From the NCBI RefSeq assembly GCF_947568905.1, contig NC_079170.1, positions 83,638,001 to 83,702,000 of the forward strand: 64,000 nt of DNA, in the 5' to 3' direction. The position numbers and the translations under genes were made by a program. This document shows positions 1 to 14,400 of this stretch, one piece after another. Source of the DNA: Ostrea edulis. Lineage: Eukaryota. Below the pieces are notes generated by a model that worked only from the letters and a program-made list of their open reading frames with translations, was not told the DNA's origin and did no database searches. How positions within the stretch are numbered: position 1 is the stretch's first letter; each line of letters opens with the position of its first letter.

Positions 1-526
1 TTCCTAAAGAATCACAGATATCAGGAACTTGAAATAACAAATGTCAATATTCAATAGCGTTATCCATTAGTTGTTTAACTTTAATTTATATTTCATTTTA
101 AATTACTTCGTTTCACAGCTGTCTATGCAATACAACGTAAGGATTTAATAATTTATTTTTAGGAAAATGTTAGAAAATTTTAATCAAAAATATTTCTTAT
201 GACATAAATCAGTGCGTGAAAATAATTCCAAATATATTTTTTTAAATTCTCAGCTAATGTTCTGTGATAAGATATTTTACTCGCCATCAGGGTATCTATA
301 TTTCAAATGGTTCAAACTAAAATTATTTTCTAGCTCAAATTGCAGATCATATCCTGTGTATTTTCAACATTTGATATGATTTTATTTTTTAAAGCAAATG
401 AAACAGAAATCCAAATGCCATAATGAGTTACAGAAAAGAAAGAAATACTTTTGGCTGATATTTCATCATTCTATCGGGTTATGCTTATGATAATATTTTG
501 ACAAGAATTACCACAAAGCGCATTTG

Positions 527-1691
527 GTTTGCCCAACTATCTATTTTGTATTGCTTGTAGGAGTTATGAGATTGATCACTGTTCGTTATCTTCACCTTGC
601 ATATGTAACATGAAAGATGGAGATGTACATGTCATGTACACTATTCAACACGACAAGGAGACGTTTCTTCTTAAATTACACTACAAACAAAAGAAAAATA
701 AAAGTGAAATCATATACAAATTATTATTGCAACGTTTAGCCATTGATTTTATCATTAAACTTTATTTCAAGAAAAGCAGAATATTTTTCTAGGAAGCTGC
801 TGTAAATTATAGTAGAACGCGATTTACTGCTAGATCAGAGTAAGTTGAAGATTTGGGGGTTCTATTCTGTAAGTGAATACTTCATTTATTTGCGTTTAAA
901 ACCAAATCAATTACAGTGTGATATACTCTAATACAGACCAGATCGTTTATTTTCACTTTAACTGATTTAATGTTAAAAATAAGATCCCACCTCTAGTGTG
1001 TCCAGGGGTCCGTGTTTGCCCAACTATCTATTTTGTATTGCTTATAGGAGTAATGAGATTGATCACTGTTCGTTATCTTCACCTTGCATACAATTCGTAT
1101 ATTTGCCTCTTTATTCGACGCAGCACATGGTTATCAAATCATGTTATGGTGATTTGTAATAGAATAATAGTCATCTATAGTGATTAGTACACTGTTTGGG
1201 AGCAACCAAAAGTGGTAACATGGTTCAATGTGAGAGGGTTTGTGCCTCTTGAAAATTTCTAATATCTAAGGAACATATTCTGAGCTGAATATACAGTGAA
1301 TCCTGGAATTGTGAATATTTCTCTGAATTTAAATGTTCAGAACACACACCCTTTTTAAGAAGTCAAACTTCCAGAATCAATATGATAAACGCTTAAAATG
1401 TGTTACTGAAACTAATTAATTCTAATTTTTATATCTATAATTTAACTTATTTGAAAGCTTTTAGGGTTACATATGGGACTCAAAGGTAGGAAAGGAACTG
1501 CCTAGATATGTGACATTGAAATTAATCAGTATTATTTGTTCATGAAATACATAAAAATATATGTTTACAAAATTCAACATTTGAGGTTGTGTTTTTGCTT
1601 TCAATCAGCTGACCTGAATTTTGTAACATCTAATTTGTATTGCTTGTAGGAGTTATGAGATTGATCACTGTTCGTTATCTTCACCTTGCAT
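527..1691 (+). mobile_element. Three very short Naiad-like 3' termini (527-602, 983-1089, 1634-1691)
   Basis: All end ...GATCACTGTTCGTTATCTTCACCTTGCAT. Further short copies lie near 4354, 8230-8480, 9130-9240, 9620, 14010-14120, 14388-14515, 23578, 25100, 27033, 27675 and 60560-60655. Confidence 0.8.
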
Positions 1692-2559
1692 AGAAAGTAT
1701 GCCTTAAAACACGTGTATGCATTGAAATGTTTTTGAAAAATATATATCTCCATCACCGAGAACAAATTCCTGTCACTAGATGAGATTGAGAGTTACACGT
1801 AGGAAACGTGACAAAGAAAATTCGGACGAATATTGTGAGATTTTAAATTGTAATCGGAATGTACTAGAGTATACACGTTATACCTTATCAATTGATTAAC
1901 ATTTTTGTATTGTTCTTTTATATGAACAACGTTGACTTTGTTTGATGTGTACAAGATACAGTTCATTTTATGTGCACCATCTCAATCTCTGATGACTGTA
2001 ATACAATACCTTATGACTTTTTTTTTATAGATTATAAACTACAGATACACTCAGGTCGCCCAATATTGGAAAATTCGTCGTCATATATTAATCATATTTT
2101 CCATATTCATCTTAGATACATAAACATTTAAACACGAAAAAGGCTAAACAAAACATGTGCCCGACATGCATATTTTATCAAGGTTGTGTTGAATTTTCGA
2201 TAGGTGTTTAAAAGTATTATTCATTTGAAAACAGTAAAACTACACCCTTACAAAAATAATGTTTTAGCTCTTAATTAGTCCATGGGTATTTTACATGACA
2301 AAGTGAATCATTTTATGCAAGAAAAATTCATTTGCCTATGTTTTTATTCTATACACCGTCGTATTTTAACGATTTGAACTTCAATATTTTATACCTTTTA
2401 CACACAGCTGTTTTTGTTTTTAGAATTACCAATTATGATCAATGCATTTCTTTTGAGTTTTTATCAGAAAAATATGTTATCCGAATTGATGTATCTTTAA
2501 CTGATGACTGCAGATGATGACTATGAATGATGGATGGTAATTCGATTCTTATTTTACAG

Positions 2560-5500
2560 CGTTTACAGCGGTGGTTGACGGGGTATGGGGACCAGCGGGA
2601 GACCCCTTCGACAGAACATATAGAGTGACTGTTAAAAACATATATAGGGTAAGGGCTTTGAAATATTATTTCAAATGACTTTTTCTCCGCACAACATAAA
2701 GGAAGGAGGTGCAAATTATGATGCACGTGAATTATTTCGTTTAATTTGATAATAGTCAAATTTCTGTTTTCGCTTGATAGCAATGCGGTTAAAATGAATT
2801 AGTGCTGTTAAGTATTTTAAGAAATTTTAGTGCACTGAGTGAATACTTAATTTGGACATGGTGTGAAATATAGGTGTTTTCAAATAAAATAAATTTAATA
2901 TATTCTCACCACATCTGTCATTTATTAGCACAACTAAGAAATTAGCAACCTAATGCATGTGTTTGTTTTCGAAGCAAACAAAATACGATTTAAAATTGGG
3001 TTAATGAGTTTACCGTCCACGAACAGATGATTGTTTGAGATATATTGTTTTGTTTGAATTTTTAGGGTTCTGATATTGTCCCGAATACAACTATTACCTT
3101 GTATGGAAGATCACATTCTTGTGGTCCAACAATCCTCGATATAAAGAAGGAGTATGCAATTTATGGTGAGTTCAAATAGGAATCAACAAATATTACCATC
3201 AACATACTATTCCATGTTTCTAGATGCAGTATACCAAGCAGCTTTTTAGATGCTGCAGGGTTTATCATTTGTAAATGATACATACTTTATTTTATAGGTG
3301 TTTGTCTTGAAAAGAAATCTAATATAATAATTTGTGAAATTTTGTAGAAGTATCAGAGGATACTTCTTTAACCATTTCATCAAGCAATTGATATCTCTGC
3401 AAATTCTAGTGTGATTCGAAAAAGTGTCGAAAACGCATAGTGATCAATCTCATAAATCCTATAATGATTTGATTAATGATTTATGTACCGTGAACTTCCC
3501 TGTGATTCAGCAACAAAGTACGGCCCTCGATTGGAAGTTGTCACCCATGAGGAAGTTCCTCCGGCCTCCATCGCCCGACTGAAGATGTACGATTGCTCCT
3601 GTCAGGTAGAAATTCTTACGTGGTTTTAGAGTACATAGGAGAGAATCAATGATTCAAGAACAAATAACGAAAATTTACGTCACAAACTTCACCAATAGCC
3701 AGTCAATATTTAATGTGTTCATTACGTAAAGCACTGTGGTAAACGGTAACCTTCTATATACATTCCCATTCGGAAATTTATGTGTGGTTTGTATGAACAT
3801 GATGGGGTCAAGGCTTATTATATTTTATGAAACGCCAGTCTACCACTGACTTTCATATTTCTATAATCCAAATCAACAGTAAACATAGCAAGAGGTCCAC
3901 AGGCCTGATGGGTATTAATTACAATTTTAGTTTGATTATTAAGTTATTGGTTTAAAAATATAAATAGCCACAAGAGCTATGAAATCTATATTTTCCTATA
4001 GTACATGTATATGTTAGATTCTAGGATTAAGCAACAGTACATAAGACTTTGTATAATAATATATCACCATTTTGGACTCACCCAATAGTGAGGACCTTGG
4101 TGGTGCGAAATTCACAATTTGAGAACATATCATTCCGTTTTTTCTAGTTTTTAAACAGTATCTGCAAAAAGAATATATCTTTCAAATTATAGATGCAAAA
4201 ATCACTGTAAAAAATTTCCTCCAACTTGGAACCAAAGCCCTTGGTCCTGACATCATGAAACTTACAATTACGGAAAAGGGCTACCTGCTTCTTCTAAATA
4301 TCTATTTAAATTAAATTTAGCATTAATTTCATTTAACAAAATATTATCAAAATATTGATCACTGTTCGTTATATTCACCTTGCATATAAGCTTTACCCCG
4401 CCCTCGAATCAGCACCAGTACCTGGGGTCATGAAATTTGCAGCTTTTGGTATAGGCGTTCCTGCTCTACATGACTTTGCATTATCATATTTGAAAAATTG
4501 ATCTTTTTTTTTTTACAGTTCTTACCCCACCCTTAACACCTTGGGGGCAGGTATCTTGTATTCTATAACATATGCCCCATTGTCTCAAAGATGTTTGGAA
4601 CGAGAATTTGGAAACAACTGAATGGGCAGTTATTGAGAAGTTAAAAGTGTTCAATTATTAACGCATGACGAACAGCTGACGACGCACTACGACGGACGCA
4701 AAACAATAGCGATAGATCCCTGTCACGTGACATATAAAGCAAATTATTTTTTCTTTGCATTCCTAACATTTACGAAAGAAATAATTCTTCTTTTGTACTC
4801 CCCACTGTACCAAAAATAATAATTTTCTCATTTCCTTGCCGTATATTATATTCCGATAATGATAAGGTTTTATCGCCTAATGAAGACCAAAATATTACTA
4901 AACGTTGCATTCTACATAAATTACAATCCACTTGCGTTAGTGGTTGATTCGTCTTCTCTAAATTATTTCATATATGTACGGCTGATTATGCAGAGGAATC
5001 TCCATGACTCTCATATCTTGTGTCCGTCTAATAAGTGCATTAATTTACATCCCAGTGGTTTCTCTATCCTCAAAATTAAAAAGTCCTGAATTTTTTTTTG
5101 CTGAAGATGCCTCTTCTGACACTTTTAAGGCTATGATTTAAAGGGGTCATTAGCATTTCCTTCAAACTATCTCGATGATTGATACAACAATGATAAGCAT
5201 CTGAGATGTTGTGATCAATGACGTTGATCGCACATCCTAGATATAATTTTGAAAGATTGAATGAAGTAAAATAAATCAAAGATATATTTTGCGGAAAACA
5301 CTAATTGCTACTTAAAGTATCGCTTTAAAAGTTGATAATTGAAATGTATGAGGAATACTTAAAACATGATTTAATCAAAGTGTCAGAAAGTCAAATGACA
5401 CGGAAACATGTCGGTGAGACTGTGCAGACAGTAATCATCTATTCGAAATCAAAAGAGGGGACCACCGTGATAACGTTAAGTACATCTTTAGTTCAGTTGT

Positions 5501-5890
5501 TCCCAGTCGTAGCTCTAACAGTCAAGAGTAGTTGGTGTATAAATCTGTCTCATCGTTTCCTTTGTGACAACTACTTCATTTCCTGAAATGCTACCCCCAC
5601 CCCCGAGAAAACACAAACGTTTATATAGTGAATTGTCTGTATATTGTGATTGCTTGTGATTTACTAGAAAACTCTTATTTTCTTTTTATTTGCTTCAACA
5701 GATCGAAATTCACAAACCTAATATGTCCAATACATTGAGGTATGAAGATTCATTGGATAAATGTATTATAACCACGCATGGCCGGGACTGCCAATTCAGG
5801 AATGGCTACTGCAAGAAAACAAATAACCTTTGTTCATGGGAACTTTTTCCTCGTGCATACCACAGAACGAACTGTGTCCAGAACGTGTGA
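2560..5890 (+). CDS. TIMP-like / NTR-domain secreted protein, partial (5' exons not located)
   Basis: Phase-consistent exons 2560-2648, 3066-3165, 3511-3605 and 5702-5890, all with AG/GT boundaries. They give AFTAVV...RTYRVTVKNIYRG...SHSCGPTILDIKKEYAIY...YDCSCQ...DKC...DCQFRNGYC...LCSW...NCVQNV*. This matches the TIMP pattern Y.V.V..vyKG / SCG / EY.I.G / YdC.C / C...CxW. A possible upstream microexon lies at 119-136. Confidence 0.75.
3885..4735 (-). mobile_element. Degenerate Helentron-like element in a TIMP-like gene intron
   Basis: Terminus CAAGAGGTCCACAGGCC and (GAC)n/GACGGACG near the other end, resembling the elements above. Confidence 0.45.
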
Positions 5891-8800
5891 AAATGCGTTA
5901 TTTACTGCTTACATGTTATTCTTAAACATTTTATTAATGACAATGGAAATATATCATACACACATCTCACCATGCCCTCTTCCTTTATTATAATTAGTAT
6001 TTCATAGAATGAATATACATCCCATATATTTATTCTGTGAAAATACCAGAAAGTCAAGGACATTTCAACTCTAAATGGTATATAGTTCAATTATTTAAAT
6101 GTTGGTCCTTGCCAAGGACACAGGCACAAGATTCATGAAACATTTTACGCTTTAGTCAGAATATGCATTTTGCGTTAAAATGTTGTATTAATCAAGTCGA
6201 TCGCCAGTCAGAAGAAACAGGTGTGTTCGGTGCGTGCTCTTCTTTTTCCTTTCATCACCAAAATTATTTATGAATCTAACGTTATCAAACACCGTTTATA
6301 CGAATGACATTTGACTTAATTTTGAATTTGTTTCTTGATTTCATGAACCTGTTTCAGCTAGAGTTTATAGAAATGTATTATTTTTCAATAATGCATATTT
6401 TTTTTACTCAACTTGCAAATATTGCATTTCATATTGCTTAAATATATCATCATTACTCAAAATCGTCCTTTGTTTACATGTATTTTGTAACGTTAGTAAT
6501 ATTTATCAAAATGTCTAGTGTAAAAATCAGGAGTAAATGAAGTCCCTTGCAGTATCGTAACTTCTTTCATTAATGAAAATGCATGTACTTTTATATCTCT
6601 ATGTACTAAGTTGCACTTTCTATGGATTCAGTATTATTCACTTCCAGATTATCGACCTTTTGATAGATCACCTGTGTAACTTTGATTAAAGGTTTCAAAT
6701 ATAGAGATATATTTAGATTTTCAAAACGCCCTGAGAGAAGTTGTGGTTTTCATCACAACTTAGTGCAAGGTGTGAAGAAGTAAACACACTTCAATGTCAC
6801 ATATATGTACACAAAAAACGTGTACCTTTTGACTCCTTCATGCTAGAAGCCCCATGATTCATTAACCAAACGATTTTTTAAAACTCAATTCATGAAGAAA
6901 AACTTACAGGGAATAATGTAACATGATTCATTGTTTCGGATAATCAGCTTGATCGTTTAACACCGACTTCGGGTTTCTAGAACAAAGAACCATTCTTGTT
7001 CGCCAGTAGCAATTTCTTACAATACAATTTAGATTATATGTTAGTTCTACGTTTGATATGCTCCCATTGACGTAATTCAAATAGTTAAACAAAATATCAG
7101 TTCCATCATATCTTTGCAATAATACAGAGGATGTTTCATATATACATATACTTTTCAAACCGAATGATTCTTTTATCTGTTTTAGATCAAGAGAATATCA
7201 TTACACAAATTTTAGAGTTAAATGTTCAATCAGATGTATCACTATATAAATCATAATATTATCTGTTCAATTAGATGTGTTATAAAGAGAAATATCAAAG
7301 TTTCAATTTTTATCAAATTCTTGCCATATATGCATGATAATGATTAAGTTGTTCATCTCTGAACTCAGATTAGCTTTTTCGTCGATCTTCCATTGAATGT
7401 AATGTCACTCCCCATTCTATGTATTTAAACATTTATTCTTTGTTTCATTCATTTCCCCACATACTTTAATAATACTTACAAGAAAGATGTTTATACATAC
7501 ATAGAATTTAACAGTAGGTTATCTCTCTTTTATTTTGCGAAGATCATCAAAATTGTCGATCAAGCGACCGAATTATTCTAGATTTTGACGTATGCACTTT
7601 GGACATTTATATATTGTATACTACGTGAAGTTATTTTGAGTTCACCGCGATGAAGTTCAAAGAACGCACTTTAAAAGTGTACATGTTATTCCGCGAAAGC
7701 CATTAATGCCATAAAGCTGTTAAGTCTACAATTATAAGTTCAGTAGCCACCAGTTCTCTACCAGTGCACGATTAAGACTGTGTCGTTCTTTGTGACTTTA
7801 TTTTAATTTGGTTTGCAAAAATGTGTATATTCAGTTTGCTTTATATCATAATATGTATAATTGTAATGGATTTTTTATGACAAAAAACAATTTGTTTCCA
7901 CATTTCGATCATCTGTACACAAATTAATGTTCAAATGTTATTTACGTATCTGGCATTTGCATTGTGCTATACATGAGGCTAAACTATGTCCAGTCCTGGC
8001 TATATACTGTATTGGAATCAGCAATACAAAATGTTTAAAAAATTCAAGACTCATTTTATGACGAGAGCATTTGTTTGTCGTCTCTAAGCTGATCGACATC
8101 TCCTAATCATTAATACATGATTCTGTCTCTGGAATATTCTGGGATCCGTGTCGGTCCTACTCTTGATTTTGTATACTTTATGGAAGTTATTAAATTGATA
8201 ATCAACTTTTCAAAATGAAAATAACGAAGAGTAATAATTTCAATAGATGATTAGGGCAATCACAAACCCCAGAACACACTATGGCTGTTGGCGCGAGTGC
8301 CTAGGAGGAGTAAGCATCCTCTGTTGGCCGGTCTCATCCGTGCTATATCTTAATCAGATAAACGATGTAATATGCATTCAATGTTACTAGATAAAGATCT
8401 GCCTATAAAATTGGTATGAACCCGTCAGAGACCATTGGACATATTGTGAATTGGACTGTTCGTTATCTTCGCCTTTCTAAGGACCATATAATCTCAGGGA
8501 TGCAGACATTAAACGAGATTGTTGAGATCCAATGTATCATTGACTTATATGTCAGTAACCTACCTCGATTTATAAACTGATCATACGTAGAACATGATCT
8601 TACATATAGAATGATTTGGGACATGAACACCAAATGTAGGTGATAATGGATTATGAATATTTCTACATACATGTATGTATGTAGCATAATTTAGATGATA
8701 AATAGACAACCAATCTCATACATTTCATTAGGTGATTTATTTTTATGTTTCTTTTTCTAAAGTTTCCAAACGTTCTACCACAACTTACTAAAATGATTTA

Positions 8801-10978
8801 CAGATGGTTAGTTGAAAATCGGAAACACTAATTGGATAGGCGTGTGTATTCGTCGCTAATGCTGAGGGAAAATTGTATGGAAATATTCTAATTATACATA
8901 TTCCGTTGGTTTTAATGCGGGAAAGACCAATCTACTCAGTCATTTGAATTGACTTCAAATTACAGAATGTAAGGGACTTCATCATGTTTAGTGTTTCCGT
9001 AGGGATGATGGGGTGGTGGTAATTGTTGAAAACAGAGAATATTAATTCATAAGACATTTTGAAAAAATACAATCATTTAGCGAAGTGGAGTAGATTAATC
9101 TGTTATGAAAAATGTGTATGGAAACCTCAAAGATAATCGAACAGTGGTCAATCACATAACTCCCATAAGGGATACAAAATTAAGAGTTGGGCAAACACCT
9201 GGATGTAACAAAGGTGGGATCAGGTGAGCTTTATATCTTGATCAGGTAAACAAGTTTATTTGCGATCAAATTCAGCCTACCAGCTGTGAAAAACTCAGAC
9301 AGCAATTGACGCAATGCATGGGTACGCAATACATCTTAACGTTTCAATTCTCGAGAGGGACGTTAAACAAGATACAATCAATCAATCTTGACGTTCCTCA
9401 ATCGGGGTATTTGCCGTACATGACGTCACACCTAAAGGCATACATTATTCTAATGCAACTGGTTTGAAATCTGCTTTTTTGCTAATGCTTTGAGATCTGG
9501 CCTGGATATTTTAAAACTTTCACCGTACTCATGCTCAAACTCGGCCATTTTTGGTTTGAGTACAACTCTAAGCAAACTCCAAAGCATACTCGAAAAATAT
9601 TTAGAATGTACGAACAGTGATCAGTCTCATAACTACTGGAAGCAATGCAAAATAGATAGTTGGGCAAATATGAACGATATGATAAACTTTTGTTCCGAGT
9701 TCACTGGTGTATATGGATTCAACATAATATCAATTAATTTGATAGATAGAACGTCGTCAATATACTAGTATCTACATATGTAGTTGAAGGCCACAACTAG
9801 AGATTTTTTCTTCTCGTGTAGAAGTTTTTGAATAAATGTTGCCTTGTAAGAATAATAATAGATGTTTTTTAATAAAGGAGCACAAATCGTGTCCATGGAA
9901 ATTCAAACAGTATGCATGTTGGAAGACCTTGCGGCCGATTCATTAACCGATCGTAGATCGTAAACGTACGATTACGTTTGTGATCACTTTGACGCGCACG
10001 TATAGGAGCGTTTCACGAAACCTATCGTAGACTTGACACTTACCATTGCGATTTAAGTCTGACATTTTAGAACTCCTTTCTCTATGGAGATAAATCTAAA
10101 ATTAATCCTTCCATGGAAAGAAATATTCATTCATTATTTCCTCATGGTTTTAAACATGATTATCCCAATAATCTGCAGTAACTCATGGATGTTGTCAACA
10201 AAAGTAGTGGAGATGTTGAGCTCGATCTCCAGTGTAACGTAAAGAAGAATCCCTAGAGTGTTAAAACAATTGAAAGAATAATTTTATTGACTTCATGTAA
10301 CTCAGTTACAAGTGTGTGTGTGTGTGTGTGGGGGGGGGGGGGGTTGGATGATATAAGAAATAACATAAAAGATCTACATTTTATAGAATTCTAAATGCCA
10401 TGCATCGATCTGCTCAAGTGAGTCAAGTTTCCATCAATATGACCCTAAGCAAATGATATTCTAAGGATAAGAAAATAAGAAGTAAATGAAATAATATTAA
10501 TAAAAAAAATATGATAATAAAATGAAAATAAAATCGCACACAAGTATAGACAATTTTATCCTGTATCAAACACATTTCAAACCATGGCTATATACATGTA
10601 TTCGTTTAATCATTGTTGTAAAATACGCTACAACACTTGTCTATTATATCATTGTAGGGAGGTAACCTTTGTCCAGAATATGTCAATATAAAGTACATGT
10701 TATGAAAAGCACACTGGGGAATAAATTAAATTAAAATCTACTGTCTACTTCTGTACTACAAATGGTAACGTGATCGGAATACACTGTATATGCCGTAATA
10801 TATATAAAAAAACCAACATAGTATACTACACGGAGTGATAAGTGAAACTGAAACTGAAAAGTTCGAATAACAAAGTCCAAAACATACATAGTGATATACA
10901 CAGCCATATATGTCTCATCATATATTATTTTCAAAGTACTGTGTTTGGTACTTTTCTACATTAATACGTAAATACACG

Positions 10979-11069
10979 CATTTCGGTTGAGCATCACTGA
11001 AGAGACATTATTTGTCGAAATGCACATCTGGTGCATCAAAATTGGTACCGTATAAGTTTTACATTATGA
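10979..11069 (+). ncRNA. Solitary retrozyme fragment with hammerhead (probably inactive)
   Basis: Hammerhead at 10991-11034 with a broken stem III palindrome (ATGCACAT). Confidence 0.7.
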
Positions 11070-11457
11070 GCATTTGAAGTGATTTGCAAAATTTATCATT
11101 CTAACTGTAACATTATATTTTATTCGTTTTGTAGACGTTGATAAGACGATTTAAGTTGCCAAAAACAAAATTCGTTTATTGAGAATGCTGCAATAATATA
11201 TCACCATAAAGAGACACATAAGATTTCAGAAAAAATCCAGATACCATTCAAAGACTAGGTCACAACTTTCATATAGTGTATTTTTATCAACCCAACTGCA
11301 GATCAATCTCATACACTACACTATATCATGATTGGGGAATAATTAATTCATCATACAATATAACAACAACAAGAAGGCAAAATCAGTGTACATGTGTCTT
11401 CTGTGTAATCCTGTTTTCTTTCAGAAGTATGAACTACTGTTTGCAATCAGTGGATCC

Positions 11458-14400
11458 TTATACAATGGATGGCTCTAGATATTGACAAATGCACTTTCTA
11501 TGAAGATATGTATTATGTCGATTGTACTTAAACTCTTCCAGGGTTATCCAAGAAGCCAGTGCTGTCCGATTCCTATTTATAAAGTTGATGATGAGGTCAT
11601 GTGCTTTTTTCTAAAAAGTAAAAAAAAAAAGAACACTTTAACAACTACCGTCAGTTGGCAAAAATGGGAATGGATAATTATATTACAATATCCGATAGAA
11701 TGCCTTCATTAACTTCCGTGACCCAACACAAGAATTAACGAGGAAATGTTAAGTACGTTAATCACATTTCGTAAATGTGGTCAAAACATTGAAATTAGGT
11801 TTCCAACATGTTTCATCGAAAACCTGAAAACAGCATTCTCTTTTAACATTACCTTAATCGTTTCCTCATCATCATAATGCCGCTTCAGGGCGAATATACA
11901 AAATTTCTGAAAAAATAGTATATAGATATATAAAGCAGAAGGAAACTATAAAAGGACAACAACTTTCGTCCCCCACCCGAGGTTAAACTCACGACCAGTA
12001 AAACCAAAACCTAACAGCGTGTGACCAGCGAGCTAGAGCGCTCGACCATCCAGGCAAATCAAAGTACTGTTTGAAAATAATGGGATTGTCATCACGATGT
12101 CACAGTCTACAAGATGATCAATAATGGAAATAAAATATACTTAAATGTTAAAGGATAGAGCAAGATACACACTATATTTAAGCTATTATATAAAACAAAA
12201 TCAGAGATTGATATGAACTAGATAAACATAACCGTTTTAAGTGAAGGCATATTCAATATAAAGAATAGAGAAATGCACTATATATATTGATACCCACTTA
12301 AGACTTTACCTGGGACCTGTGGAAACAAAGCCTGACAGCAAAGTTGGCAACTTCTTGTTATTTAAGATTTTATTCCCTTCAGAGCATTTCAGTTTATCAT
12401 GTACCCAACAAAACAGAAATGGATTTCACTCCTAATGTTAGTCAATACAGTGTCGACCAAAATTAGTCTTACCTTGCATGGATCTGTATCATAATTTCGT
12501 AGACCGATCTGTCGTAGACAAAGACATATTAGCACATGTGGGATCTTTTTCTATTTCAGAATATTTTCAATAGTTGATCAATGAACTATCGCAATATTGA
12601 AATACTAATTTCCCCACAATGCGGTTTTATTCTATTATGTATCTAAACTTCATTTGACAACAAAATGTATTGTTCATACTTCTCCTGCAATATTCATAAC
12701 TGGCAGGACGTTCAGTGTTTGGAAGTATTGAATCAAATATTGCCAAACAATATCGTCTATTTCTTTCTCTCCCTGCAATATGTCAAATCAAAGAAGGTAG
12801 AAGGAAAACTGATTGAATACAAAATTACATAATTGCAAAAAGTAACCTAGCTCGATTTGATCAACTAAATAAACACTAGCATAAACGCTTACAGAACATT
12901 TATGAATTTTGTGTACTTATTTTCGCGAAGTCAAAATTCAGCGCAATTGGATGATAAACGAACAGTGATTAATCTCATAAATCCAATATGAAAAAGCAAA
13001 ATTGACCGTACGACAAACTCAGACTCACATCAAAGATGGGTTCAGGAGTCTAGGAAGAGTAACATTCCCTACTCACCTATCAGACAAATCATAACCTCTA
13101 TAAACAGGTGAAAATAATGAACAGTGATCAATCTCATAACTCCTATAAGGAATACAAAAACGATTTGAAAAAACACGGACTCCTGGATATGCGGCAGGTG
13201 GGATCAGGTTCTTAGGAGGAATGATTATCCCCTGTCGACCGGCCACAACCGTTGTGAGCCCTATATCTTGTTCAGGTTAACAGAGTAATCCGTAGTCAAA
13301 ATCAGTGTGCCAAGAAGGGTCTAACAATCGTTATAAAATACGTCAGACAGCATTTGATCCAATGATAGGTTGTGTTGGCTGGATCGATATAACGACCATA
13401 GAATTTACATAATACTGACTTTAAACGATACTGTCGAAACCTCTATAACGTCAACGTGTTTGTCAGTAGCCTGCTTAAATCTAAAAACTGATCATACGCA
13501 GAACAAGCTTTTGTGTATCGAGCAGTTGAGAGATATAAACACCATATACAGGTGATAATGGAACATTGCTACATAGATTTAGGAAACTGAAGATGGAGAA
13601 GCTGAAATCATTACGTTTGTCATACTGTTGAGTTGTTAGTCTGCCGTTGATATCTATTTTCAATAAAATATCTAAGTATTAAACTTACCTTTTTGTTATA
13701 CTTAGCGTAACATCCAATAATGATAGTTACTGTGATAATGGGAACAACAATAAGCACCGTACACAATCCCCCCAAACTTCCCTCTGTGATATCACCCTCA
13801 ATGACAAGATATAACAGCAATGGAATCAAAGACATAGATGACGCTCCCAGAACGGCAAAACACCACAGAAGGCGAAAGAATATAGGATCGTGGAGAAAAT
13901 ACCATCTCTTGAATTTGCTGGAATTCACTTCATCTAAGATTTTACAGCACAATGTGTCAATCTGTAAAACGAAAATTTTATCAAATAGTTTTGTTAAGAA
14001 AATACATGAAAGGTGAACATAACGAACAGTGATCAATCTTATAACTCCTATAAGCAAGATAAAGTATAGAGTTGGGAAAACACGGACCCCTCAATATACC
14101 AGCGGTGGGATCAGGTGTAAGCATCCCATGTCTACCAGTGATGTATATCTCAAGCCATTGTTAAATTTCAGATGAATTCATATTTATAGACATTGACTTA
14201 TCAAATAATAAATTCATTTCAACAAGAAGTCAAATTTTGTTTTAGTAATGTTGATTTCTTATGTAACTTTATGTTCGAAAGGTCTAGATTGGTTAGGGGA
14301 AACTAATTCTAGTTGAACCAATTTATCCAGAGCTAAAATAGACAGAGTTTTCGCTACTATTAGCTTACTAAATTTTCAGACAAATAGATGCAAGGTGAAG

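Noticed and set aside
529-1187. Recurrent small ORFs containing LITVRYLHLA or MPNYLFCIA (also 9482, 14368, 14839, 35614, 35668, 60571)
   Set aside because: They are alternative-frame readings of the non-coding PLE 3' terminus.
11781-11852. Alternative read-through end of TIR-gene exon 6 (...VMLKENAVF...SMF*)
   Set aside because: The donor AAG|GTAATG and a strong in-phase acceptor at 11610 leading to the RH...CICQY motif fit better. It could exist as a minor isoform.
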